A stretch of 63,783 nt of DNA, filler included, from Choristocarpus tenellus KU-1152 (taxonomy: Eukaryota; Protista; Phaeophyceae): the NCBI GenBank assembly GCA_964200185.2. It is 12 parts of 12 records of this genome, joined end to end, with 100 filler letters (N's around TTAATTAATTAA, not from the genome) between each part and the next. Parts side by side here need not be neighbours in the genome. Positions count along the whole stretch, not along the records: positions 53,790 to 60,184 come from CAXNAD020008228.1; positions 60,285 to 63,783 come from CAXNAD020019615.1; 10 more parts are not named here. One strand, 5' to 3'. The translations under genes and the position numbers were made by a program. Shown here one piece after another: positions 53,790 to 63,783 of the stretch. Numbering within the stretch: position 1 is the stretch's first letter; every line of letters begins with the position of its first letter. The notes below the pieces were generated by a model that ran no database searches, was not told the origin of the DNA, and saw only the letters and a list, made by a program, of their open reading frames with translations.

Positions 53790-53860
53790 GATAGGTCACC
53801 TTCAGGGTATACCTTCTATATGATATTCAAGATAGGTAACCTTCAGGGTATACCTTCTGT
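53790..53860. repeat. 41-bp tandem repeat at contig edge
   Basis: GATAGGT(C/A)ACCTTCAGGGTATACCTTCT at 53790 and 53831. Confidence 0.75.
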
Positions 53861-53944
53861 GGAATGTGGCTCTCACAGATACGGTAAAAAAAATCAAGAT
53901 TGCCACAGAGGGCGAAGCTATTGGTACCACGTTATCAGCACATA

Positions 53945-54050
53945 CAACGTAAGGATAACACTAGATTGTTCGGCAAGCATCTCAAAAATTCTAACAGCCC
54001 CTTCCTTGTCCATCTACCTGGTGTCTCCAGTTTGGAATGCATGATACGTC
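53945..54050 (-). mobile_element. Inverted fragment of the RLE LINE 3' region
   Basis: Reverse complement of about 54660-54770. Confidence 0.6.
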
Positions 54051-54059
54051 TATATATAT

Positions 54060-54955
54060 CCTTAGGGAGGGAGGGGGCTCTATCGAACAGGTGCCCAGTG
54101 ACTGGTTGCAGGCGACAGAATGTAGACATTAGACATGCCCGCACCTGGCCTAGGATAGGAGGACAGGTTCGCCAACACACCCCGATGGTGGAGCGTCTGG
54201 GGCAACTATGCAAAGGAATGGGCATCCCTTGCACTATTGAGGACGGCAGCCCATTTACTGTAAGACAGAAATTTCCTCATAGATCTGGTCTTCCATGCTG
54301 GTGCACTCACGGATGCCGGATCAGCTCCCTACAGAGACTAAGGCCTCTTCCTGTATGTTACATTTGCTGAAGTACAGGCGGCATCTCACCTGCCACACTC
54401 ATCCCCCAGCAATGGTGTAGCTCCTGCTGCAGTTAAGGCAGAAAGCGCACCCACTACGAGGGTTCTTTTCACCCTCGTAGTGATAACCTGAGCACCTTCG
54501 TGGTGGAAAGTTTTGGGCGCCTTGGTAAGCAAGCGGAAAGTTTCCTGGATGCTAGCTACGCACGTGGTAGGGGGGAGAGGGACTGGAGACTACAGCAGGA
54601 AAGGGGTGGTCAAATCCTGCCTAAGACAAATAGTCTCTGTCATAATGAAGGTGGCCCTGTCTAGACGTGTGATGCCTTTTAAGCTGGAGACACCAGGGAG
54701 ATGGGCAAGGAGGGACTTGTTAGATTCTTGGGGTGCTTCCCTAGCTACTCACCTTGGGGTGTAGGAAATAAGATAGGTTGGAGGCATAGGAAGGCAGTGG
54801 CACAACAGCAAAGCTAGTAGTAAAAGAGAAAATAGATTAAAGTTTTCCACGTTTATGACAACTCCTACTTTTTTAGGGATTTTTCTAACATGTGAATAGT
54901 TTTCATTGGTTTTTCCCCTGACACATCTGCAAAATGTTAGAGGGCATTATAATTT
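54060..54955 (+). mobile_element. 5'-truncated RLE-type (CRE/R2-like) non-LTR retrotransposon, copy 1
   Basis: Zn knuckle CPVTGC...HARTW, QVRQH, KRTHY and VESFGRLGKQAE motifs across frameshifts, then 3' UTR. Confidence 0.7.
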
Positions 54956-54957
54956 TA

Positions 54958-55950
54958 TTGACTGGGTGTAGGAGGCAAAATATTGACACCAGACATGCCC
55001 GTACAAGCCCCAGGGCAGGAGGTCAGGTTCGCCAACACACGCCTATGGTGAAGTGTCTCAGTCAACTATGCAGGGGAGTGGGCACCCCTTGCACTATGGA
55101 GGACAGTGGACAGGAATGTTTACATGGATCTGGTTCGAAGTATCTGGGGGGGTTGGCGGCTGTCCATTTGGGGTCAGTTTTTTCATGTTGCGATTTTGTG
55201 TGATTTGGTTCATACGTCGAATGGATAATGTAAGTGCACTTTTCCTGGTTTTGACCCAAAAGGACACCCTGGTGTAGACCGCCCCCCCCCAGATACTTTG
55301 GGCCATCTGGTATTCCACGCAGGGACACTTGCGGATGCCAGATTAGCCCCCTGCCAAAACAAAGGCGCCTCCTGCTAGATTTTACGTTTACAGAAGTGTA
55401 AGCGACCTCCCACTCTCACTCATTCACCAGCAATGGTGTAGCCGTTGCTGCAGCTGAGGCGTGAAAGCGCACCCACTACGAGGGTTATAACTCAACACAT
55501 TTGGGGTTGAAGGCTTTGGGCACCTTGGCAAGCAAGCAGAAAGTTTTCTGGATGAGCTAGCTACACACGTGGTAAGGGGGGAGGGACAGGAGGTTATAGC
55601 AGTATGGGGGCTGTCAAATCCCATCTACGACAGATAGTTTCTGTCACAACACAGATCACTTTAAGCTGGTGACACCAGAGACATGGGCAAGGACGGGCTT
55701 GTTAGATTCGTGGGATGCCTCCCTAGCCCCTCACCCTGGAGTACAGGACTAAGCTAGGTTGGAGGCACAGGAAGGGAACAGTGTAGCATAACTACTGGTT
55801 GTAAAATAGTCCATAGAATAACGTTTTTCACATTTATTTATGACAACTATTACTTTTTAGGGTTTATTCTGAAATGTGAATAGTTTTTGTTGGTTTTTCC
55901 CCTGGCACATCTCCAAAATGTTAAATGCATAATAATAAAATAATAAAATA
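54958..55950 (+). mobile_element. RLE-type LINE 3' end, copy 2, head-to-tail with copy 1
   Basis: Colinear with copy 1; ends in an AAT-rich tail; interrupted by a MITE A. Confidence 0.7.
55132..55304. mobile_element. MITE family A, full length, TSD ATCT
   Basis: ATCT|GGTTCGAAGTATCTGG...AGATACTTTGGGCC|ATCT; removing it restores alignment to LINE copy 1. Confidence 0.9.
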
Positions 55951-56303
55951 TGTAGGGAAAGCAGGAATATCTGTTATCACACAGTTTTTGCCGTATGCTA
56001 TGTCCCGTTATAGTGATTGAGGCTCTTTGTCAGGAATCCTAGATTCCAGCGGAGGAACTTTTGAGAGATTGAGGCGTGGAATCTTTTCAAGGGACCAATT
56101 CCACAAGGAGTAGATATTTCTTCAATTAGAGATGTCGAAAATCAAAGGTTCTCTTTTTTGTCACCTCTTCACATTCTGATGATCCCCCTCTCATGAGATT
56201 TTCATCACCTTCTATTCCGTCTTGTCCACCTATCTTGCCCAGTAATTCTCTTCACCACATTTCCCTAATTGAACTACGCCGGCACAAATCGTACGATCCA
56301 TGT

Positions 56304-56355
56304 TGGCGACAGCGATGAGATTCGAACTCACGCGTGAGAACCACACAAACTTAGC
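56304..56355 (-). pseudogene. 3' half of tRNA-Ser(GCT) ending in CCA
   Basis: GCTAA GTTTG TGTGGTTCTCACGC GTGAG TTCGAAT CTCAT CGCTGTC G CCA; spacing matches eukaryotic tRNA-Ser(GCT); no 5' half seen. Confidence 0.8.
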
Positions 56356-56855
56356 GTTAACATATACCATCATAATGCTTGCAATTAATTGCAATGCAAT
56401 GTGTATGCTGCTGCTATATTTCTAACCTACCTCAACCCTACAAAAAAGGTTGTTGTCGAGCTAGGGAAGGATCCTAAGAATCTGACAGGCCCCTTCTTGC
56501 ACATATGCCTGGTGTCCCTAGATTGAAATGCATGACGCTTCTCGAGAGAGTCACTTGTGACGTCGTAAGATGGACTTGACAGCCCCTTTCATGCTATTAC
56601 ATCCTACCCCTCTCCCCCCCACTGCGTAGTGCAGGCAATTTATCTAGAAAATTTCCTGCTTGCATACTGAGGCGCCCAAAACTTTAACCTTGAAGGTGTT
56701 GGGATTAATATTTAAGAGGGTTAAAAGAACCCTTGTAGTGGATGCACTTTCACCACCCGACTACAGCAGCAGCTACACTGTTGCTGGTGGATGAGTAGGT
56801 TAGATGGCAGGTTGGTTGCACTTCTGTAAATCCAACATGCAAGAGGAGTCCTTTG

Positions 56856-57300
56856 TGCTACAGGTGAATAGCGTGAGTATTTCTTCCCACGCTTTAACTA
56901 GCGCGAGCAGTATACGCACGTGGGGAACCCCAAAAGGGGGGACTCCGATTTGCCTAAAAGTTGCAGAATAAACTGTAACTTGGGTAGTTGCAGAGGGTCA
57001 CGGATGGATGGTCGGAAAGGGTTCTCAGATATATTATGCCAGTATTAATAAACTCTAATAAACCCCAAACGGTAAACGATGATTAGAGTTCCTAATAACG
57101 ACTCAAATCGGCGCAGTTCTTCTGACCTAAAAGACCCACATAGCTCACTCTCTATCTGATACCAAGCTTTATACATATTTCTTACACTGGTTGATTCATT
57201 TGAGAGTACCCCTGTTCTGCTGAGCTGACGTTCGATAATCTGTGAATTGGACTTGACTTGTACATCCTATGGAGGTGAGCATCGAGGGGCGCCTGTAACA
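56856..57300 (+). mobile_element. TG..CA element, family E (solo-LTR-like), TSD TTTG
   Basis: TTTG|TGCTACAGGTG...CGCCTGTAACA|TTTG. Confidence 0.8.
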
Positions 57301-57500
57301 TTTGTTTCGGTATGGAGCCAAGCCAGTATCCACAAGTGCCCCAGCATGGAAGACCACATCCATGCGGAAGTGCCGGTCCACTGTAAATGGGCTACTATCC
57401 TCCGTAATGCACCTGCATGCCCATCCCTTGCAGAGTTGGCCTAGATGGTTAACCATCAGTGTGTGCTGGCGCACCTGTCCTCCCACCCTAGGTCAGGTAC

Positions 57501-58032
57501 TGTTACAGGCGAATAGCGTGAGCATTTCTTCCCATGTCTTACCAAACACGAACATTTGTGACAGACATATAGTGTGAGGATTGTTTCTCGCGTTCTAATA
57601 AGTGCGAACAGTATACGATATTAGTAACACATAGGTAGCCTTACAGAATAAATGATTTGATAGGAGATGCAGAGTAAGATTTGAAATTCAAATATAATAT
57701 TACAGAATAGATGTCAATTCCGGGAAGTGGCAGAATAAAGATTTATGATTGCAGTATCTACTTAGCAGTTTGCAGACTTCATTTGACTCTTTGGCTGTAG
57801 AAAAATGGTGAATGATGTTAATAGAAGGCTGATGTGGATCACCACGCCCTGAATTCCTTTTTTTTATGTTACCTCTTTTGATAAAGCAAAAGCGAGACGT
57901 TGACTGAGATAAGCATCAAGCTGACACCGTACGTGGTTATCATCTGTGGACCTCCCTCGTAGCGTCATTTTAAGGTCGTTGGATTTGAGTTGCATATCCT
58001 GTGGAGGTGAGTTCTGAGGGGCGCCTGTAACA
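57501..58032 (+). mobile_element. TG..CA element, family E (solo-LTR-like), TSD GTAC
   Basis: GTAC|TGTTACAGGCG...CGCCTGTAACA|GTAC; perfect 11-bp terminal inverted repeat. Confidence 0.85.
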
Positions 58033-58942
58033 GTACAAGCATGCCACATGTCAATATCATGCCTCCTGTACCCGACCACCGGGCACCTGTTGGATTGGGC
58101 TTCCTCCTTCCCAGAGATCTGCTGGCAGTTTGTCTAAACTTTACAGGAGGGATCCGGCATGCTAGTTTAGGGGTTGTGTGGAGGCCCATGCATTGACCCC
58201 TTGACCACACAGTCTCTGCTGGGAGGCCAGGGATAGTGAAGAACTTTACCTCTCCCTTACTCTTCTTCGTGCAGAAGGTTGACCAGTTGTATCTGCAAAG
58301 AGTCAAACTGAATCCTGTTCAGGAGGTGGGTGATCTCATGTTATGTCCTCCCGTGATCCCGACATCATGGCCTGCTAAAGTGTAGACCTCCAAGATATGG
58401 GTAGGGATTGTTTCCCCCCAGTCTACCCATCCTTGGCCAATAATCCCTGCCAAGTCTTTCAGGGATTTGTGTTTTATACTTTGTACCAGCAAACACAACG
58501 CCATAAGCACAACACAGGTTAATTCAGTATTCTTCAGTCAATGAAATGGATAAACCAAAATAAATACAATATAAAAAAATGTGATACCGCTACAAGTTCA
58601 TAAAAAGTTCATATGTTGCCTAACAACTTTCTCGGGAAAATTATCAGTGAGTCCATCACCATACGTGGTACAGTGACGAGGTTTGTTGGGAAGCCTGGTC
58701 ACGGTGGGCGAAGGGAGAACCAGAGTGACCGACCGAAGGTAAGGTTGGGGAAGAGAACAGTGTGACTGCGGGCCAATGCACTGAGGAAGCGCCTAAGCAA
58801 AAACCCGGGTGCAGAATATCTTAGTAGTCAAAAGTTGCAGCAGGCCCTAGCTGTTTGGAAGCTATGTGACACAGGGTGTCTTAGGAAACGAGAAAGGTGT
58901 TAGGGTTGGGCTAGAAGGGCTCTGAAGCCCGAAAGAAGGTAA

Positions 58943-59200
58943 CAGCCAAAGTATCTTAGAGGGTAGAGCCGCGTCCATTTGGGGGCCAAAATCCAACGTT
59001 GCGATTTTGATGTAATTTTGGCTGGCGTGTTTGTTGGGAAGTGTTAATATCCATGTTGCGGACACACCTTTTGTAACATAAACACTTAACCTACTCCTAA
59101 ACATTTTGGAGTAGGAAAATGTCACAAAATAACCCATTGAAAGCCATACCCCGAATGGACAGACAGGGCAAAACTCGTACCCTCTAAGATACTTTCACTC
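58943..59200 (+). mobile_element. MITE family B, TSD GTAA
   Basis: GTAA|CAGCCAAAGTATCTTAGAGGG...AGATACTTTCACTC|GTAA. Confidence 0.9.
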
Positions 59201-59274
59201 GTAACCCACTTCCGGTGCTCAACAAGGAAATGTGATAGGAAAGGCTCTAACACTGCGAATCCTGTACCTGTGTA

Positions 59275-59509
59275 TTGAACGACAGGAAAGACCGTCAAAC
59301 GGCGCTCGAAATGGGAGCAGGATACGCCATAGTCAGGTCGGAAACTGTGAGTAAATGGGAGAGAGACTTCCTAACTAAGAGCCACATCAAGGTGTCAGAG
59401 CAAGGCTGCAACGAGAGGCGTTTCGTCCTGGGCGTCGACGAGGACATTCTTGGCGAGGTCAAAGAGTGGGTGCGTGGACACACAAGAAGAAAGGGTGGGG
59501 AGGCTTTTT
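59275..59509 (+). pseudogene. Possible IS630/Tc1-related transposase N-terminal fragment
   Basis: TVSKWERDF...SEQG...DEDILGEVKEWVR pattern; truncated by a MITE A. Confidence 0.35.
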
Positions 59510-59686
59510 GATCCAAAGTATCTGGGGGGGGAGGGGTCTACACCAGAGTGTCCATTTCGACCAAAACGAGGAAAAGTGCAATTTCATTATCCATCCAACG
59601 TATGGAACCAAATCACCCCAAAATCGCCACATGAGAACATTGGCCCCAAATGGACAGCCGCTACCCCCCCCCAGATACTTTGAGCC
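59510..59686. mobile_element. MITE family A, full length, TSD TTTT
   Basis: TTTT|GATCCAAAGTATCTGG...AGATACTTTGAGCC|TTTT. Confidence 0.88.
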
Positions 59687-60309
59687 TTTTTTCCGTCTAA
59701 GCCCTATACTTTAATCAAGTAATAGTTTATCTGTTGCCACTCTTGGTGACCTACAATCCATGGTTCGAACCCCAATACGAGCGCTCTTTCTTCAAAAAAT
59801 GAAAAAAATGGCGAAAAAAAAAACGAAGCCCGTACTCTGGAGGGCCTTGTGGCGGGCATCACGAAGATGCTTTTAGTTTTTAAATCCGATGTCTACATCA
59901 AAAGTTATGACGGGACCGCCCCAGACACATGAGGTATTGGTACTACAACAGGAAAATAGATAGGTCCGAATCGAAATGGATCATTGTTCTGAGAGTCGTC
60001 CTGACAGATCAAATCTGGATCTTGTGGGTGTGTCTGGTTTTGTGGACTGGTCGATATGGGCACGTTCAACGACGTGGTATGTGCGTCGTATTTACAAAAT
60101 GTATTTGTGAGAAATCCCAGAAAAAGAGACCTGTCTTCGACATATAACAGGGGATCCTCAAAATTGGGGATGGCCCCGGACTATNNNNNNNNNNNNNNNN
60201 NNNNNNNNNNNNNNNNNNNNNNNNNNNNTTAATTAATTAANNNNNNNNNNNNNNNNNNNNNNNNNNNNNNNNNNNNNNNNNNNNCCCCCCCTCCCAGATA
60301 CTTTGGGTC

Positions 60310-63300
60310 TGATGCCCTTACCCCTTTCCGCATCGAGCTTCTTGAGCAACTACTGTCTGACTCTCTCTGGACCCACAGTGATCTCCTGAGTGACTCCTCT
60401 ACTGTAGAAGTCCCGAGCATCACCGGACAACTCCTCCAGGTCCCTCAGGAAGACATGACGGCTACTGAGTGGGTTCGTATATATTGGTAAGAGAATGCAC
60501 TCTTTCTTACGGCCAATCCAAAAACGCCGTAAGGAATACAATGAGTTCTTTACGGACAGAGATAGGCAACTTTCTTTGGAGGTATGTTGGTGTGAAGACC
60601 AACTCATTGATCTATGTGAACGAGCTCCCCCCATTCTTCTCCCTAATGTTGTAGATCAGATTAGAGTACAGTCAATGGCATCTTCATTTCATAAGGAGAT
60701 TCGAAATCAAATTCGTCCACTGGCAATTTCTCAGAATTATCCTTTAGGAGATGAAATGGTACAGCGGGGAATTAAAGCAGAACGGATCTTCGATGATCTA
60801 ATCGAAGAATTGTCCAATCGTAGCGACTAGTACGTATTTGTTCCAACCAATCAAAATGCTGCAAAATCTGCATCGTACAAGGATAAGACACCCACCAGAG
60901 GTAGCATGGCGAATGCTCGTGCTATGTTTGCAAGCATGTCCGACCCTTTATCTGCCCAAGTTGACTCTACCATCGGCAGACAGGAACTAGGACTGCTCAC
61001 CATAGCAGGACATCCTTGTCAAGTGAAGTGCTAAGCCAGAACCCACCGCCACACCAAGAGGTGGTCAACAGTGTGCTGGCGGCCCTCGCGCCGATGCTCC
61101 AAACTGTTTTGTCCCAAATTTCCCCGCCCACCGTCTGTTCTGTCTTGATAAAACCAGCCCGTTTCTATTCCTGGGAAGAGCAGGACCTCGTTCGTCGCTA
61201 AGAGCAATGCATCCACGCCCATCCGATTAGTAACACCTGCCGCCCAGTCTGGACCTCGATCCACGTCTTCTTTAGCCACAGACAGAACGAGTGACGCAGG
61301 TCGACACCATTCGGGTAAAGATTTACCTTCACCATTGACTTCCCAAGATGAGGTTATCGAATGGCTCAAGACACACCGAGTTTGCTTCAATCACGCTTTC
61401 GGCCGCGATTGCTTCAAGTCTATCAGTCGCAGGTGCAGGTATACCCACGACGACTTTATAGTATCTAAACGCTACTTCGCATACCTATCCCAAGGCAAGC
61501 AGAGTACTACCCCAGGGCACGAGCCGGGCACGGTGGTAGTCTTGGCAGACTCCCATCTGCAGTACATCGCCACAATGCAAGACTTTAAGTTTCCACCCCT
61601 AACTGCAAGCAGTCCGACCGATAGTGAAGCGTCGGAGTTGCCCTGAAGGTGCGCCCTGGAGCTGAAGTCTCCAGGGTACTTAGCTACTGTAGCCTTAAGA
61701 AGCATGACCCCCACACCTACTTCTTCGAAAATATTCGCTATGTCACATGACCAACGAACTAGTCGAGTATGGATATCTGCGCTGTTGTGGCATCCTCGCA
61801 AAGTCCACTCGCGAATGCCTGTACAGATACTCCTTGACACAGGTGGAGGAGGTGGGAACTACATTTCGTCTGCTTTTTGGTGCAGTACTACCCTCTGGGG
61901 AAGTAGCACCGGCCTACCACACCTCAACCGGGCAGGTAAGGGTACGTTGCAAGCAGCAAATCCGAAAGGACACAATATTCCACCAATGCAGGTAATAGGA
62001 TCTTACGTACTACCAATATTGTTTCCCCCAGAGGATAGAGTCCGCAATATAACTTGCAGAGTAGTAGAAGGCCTACCTTATGGGATGAGTGAAAGTATAT
62101 TAGAGGGAACGGGTTTTACCCTGTTTGTCCGTTTGGGGCTTGACTTCCACGGGGTTTTTAATGTCATTTTCCTACTCCGAAATGTTTCGGAATAGGTAAA
62201 CTGTATGGTTATGAAAAGGTGTGTCCGGAACAAGGATATTGACACTTCCTAACAAACGCGATAGTCAAGATTACATCAAATTACAACATTGGATTTTGGT
62301 CTCAAACGGACGCGGCTCTACCCTCTAAGATACTTTGACTCGGATGGTTCTGGGAGCAGCATTCTGTAGGCAACACAAGAGAATACTGTGATTTAGAGAG
62401 GGGGAAGGTTTCCGACCAGCCCCACACTCACCACCGATACCTTTTGTCCGAGCTGTGACACCCAGACCTCGTGATAACAGTATACCCCTGTCAGCCCTAG
62501 AAGATTGGCAAGCATCAACGACACCAACAACCTGACCGTCCAAGTACCACAGATTGCCTCTTGATACCCCCAGACCAGCTGGATGTAGAGAACCCCCTCC
62601 TGACACACTTTCCTGGTCCCCAAGATGCGCTAGTACTCCAACTGATGGACATACGCAACCAGGGAAGGAATTTGCAAGTTTTTTTTAATGTAGATCCAGG
62701 AGGAGCAAGTACCTCAGATGCGGATCCAGAAACAGATATTGCAGCGATGGACCTTACCCAAGACAGGGATCCTCTATCCCATCACTGGAGAATCCAGGCC
62801 CAATGCCCCTCCCAGCAGAGGTAATATGGGAGGATGATGGGACTCTACAGTGTGAACTACGTCTATCAGAAGTAGATAATTTAGAAGGGTTTGTCAGCAA
62901 GATTTGCAAAGGATTCTTTAAGGGGGCACAACCACAGTCCAAACAGCTAGTGGTGATTGAACCCTTATCTGAGTACAACTTGGAACTTGGAAATACTGTC
63001 GGAATTGCCAGAGATGTACAATGGTGGAATCCAGGAACCCCCTATATATTGTAAACTGGTAAACACATGCTGCAAACCCAGTAGCGTCCAAGCAGGGCTG
63101 CCAGTTGCCAAGGTAATATCTCTAAATACTCAAGATACAGAAAGGATGATTGCACTCTTCAAAACACTAACCACACACCCCAAAGAATCCCCAAGAGTAC
63201 AGGTCCAGCCTGCTACTGCTAGGTCCCAATCCAGTCGTTCCTCTGAACCAGATGATACCAGTAACTGTTCGGTGGAAGAGAGAAGCGACAATCCTTCAGA

Positions 63301-63743
63301 AGAAGCCAAGGGGATCCAGTATCAAGCGGTGAGCCTTAGCGATGCCAATATGGGACAGCTGACACCAGGTCAGAAAGAACGGTTGGTAAGATTGCTAGAG
63401 GAAGTTAGGAATCTAGGAGTATTCCCCGAAGATCCTAAGCGAGTTCCCCCATGCTCTAGAGGAGTACTACATATACCACTCATAGATAAAAACTGCGCTC
63501 CTTACGCAGCGAAACAGAGACGCTTTTGCCCAGAAGAAACGAAGATGATTCAAGCGGGGGTTAAACAGTTGCAGGAACGTGGTATCATTAGATACTCCAC
63601 CTCAGCATAAGCAGCATGGGCAGCAGCAGTGATCTCTCACGTAGTGATAGTGGAGGTCTCGGGAACATTACCGGCATTTTCGACAGACTTCAGGGTTCTA
63701 GCTATTTTACGGCAATAGATCTAGCGTCGGGATTCTTTCAGTT
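60310..63743 (+). mobile_element. Degenerate Ty3/Gypsy gag-pol
   Basis: Gag-like fragments with a CCCH motif (CFNHAFGRDC...CRYTH); protease LLDTG...MVLG; RT start (KQRRFCPEE...GIIRYSTS) and YFTAIDLASGFFQL. Protease precedes RT; stops, frameshifts and a deletion. Confidence 0.85.
62087..62341 (-). mobile_element. MITE family B in the Gypsy protease, TSD GGAT
   Basis: GGAT|GAGTGAAAGTAT...ATACTTTGACTC|GGAT. Confidence 0.92.
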
Positions 63744-63783
63744 GGGTCAAAGTATCTTGGGGGGGGGGGGTGGTTTGTAAGGG
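63744..63783. mobile_element. MITE family A terminus (GGG variant) interrupting the Gypsy RT
   Basis: GGGTCAAAGTATCTT poly-G directly after GFFQL; another A terminus at 60285-60309. Confidence 0.8.

Larger units (their letters stand above)
56470..58510 (-). mobile_element. RLE-type LINE, copy 3 (longest), interrupted by two TG..CA elements
   Basis: RIPPVKFRQTASRSLG, GGQVRQH and FRMDVVF motifs; colinear with copies 1 and 2 once the inserts are removed. Confidence 0.7.

Noticed and set aside
55960-56470. Phaeovirus integration site at the tRNA fragment
   Set aside because: No viral genes or integrase anywhere in the contig
59725-59790. GGTTCGAACCC B-box as a tRNA gene
   Set aside because: No cloverleaf or clear A box; at most a SINE fragment
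1-63783. CAAAGTATCT repeats as a CRISPR-like array
   Set aside because: They are dispersed, occur as inverted pairs with TSDs, and have no regular spacers or cas genes

Overview
Eukaryotic nuclear DNA with intron-rich genes and many transposon remnants. The gene types suggest a photosynthetic stramenopile, probably a brown alga or close relative (inference). The window is not one locus. It is 12 short contigs joined by 11 identical artificial 100-bp linkers (44 N + TTAATTAATTAA + 44 N), so neighbours across a linker are not biological neighbours. Genes reconstructed exon by exon: a type II membrane protein with two glycosyltransferase-like regions and a duplicated Cys-rich module; a family A DNA polymerase of the Pol theta/nu type with very large inserts; a complete threonine synthase-like (THNSL2-type) gene; part of UTP13/TBL3; part of a Ycf36/CGLD27 gene; a small two-TM RNASEK-like gene; and a thioredoxin-like last exon. 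Mobile DNA includes decayed Copia and Gypsy elements, a cluster of RLE-type (CRE/R2-like) LINE 3' ends and TG..CA elements with 4-bp TSDs nested in a LINE. It also includes a Stowaway-like MITE, a fold-back element, and two very abundant sister MITE families sharing a CAAAGTATCT terminal core with 4-bp TSDs (Sola-like). I found no CRISPR array, operon or viral gene cluster. The best leads are the polymerase inserts, the tandem GT/Cys-repeat protein, the paired MITE system and a CCA-ended tRNA-Ser 3' half.
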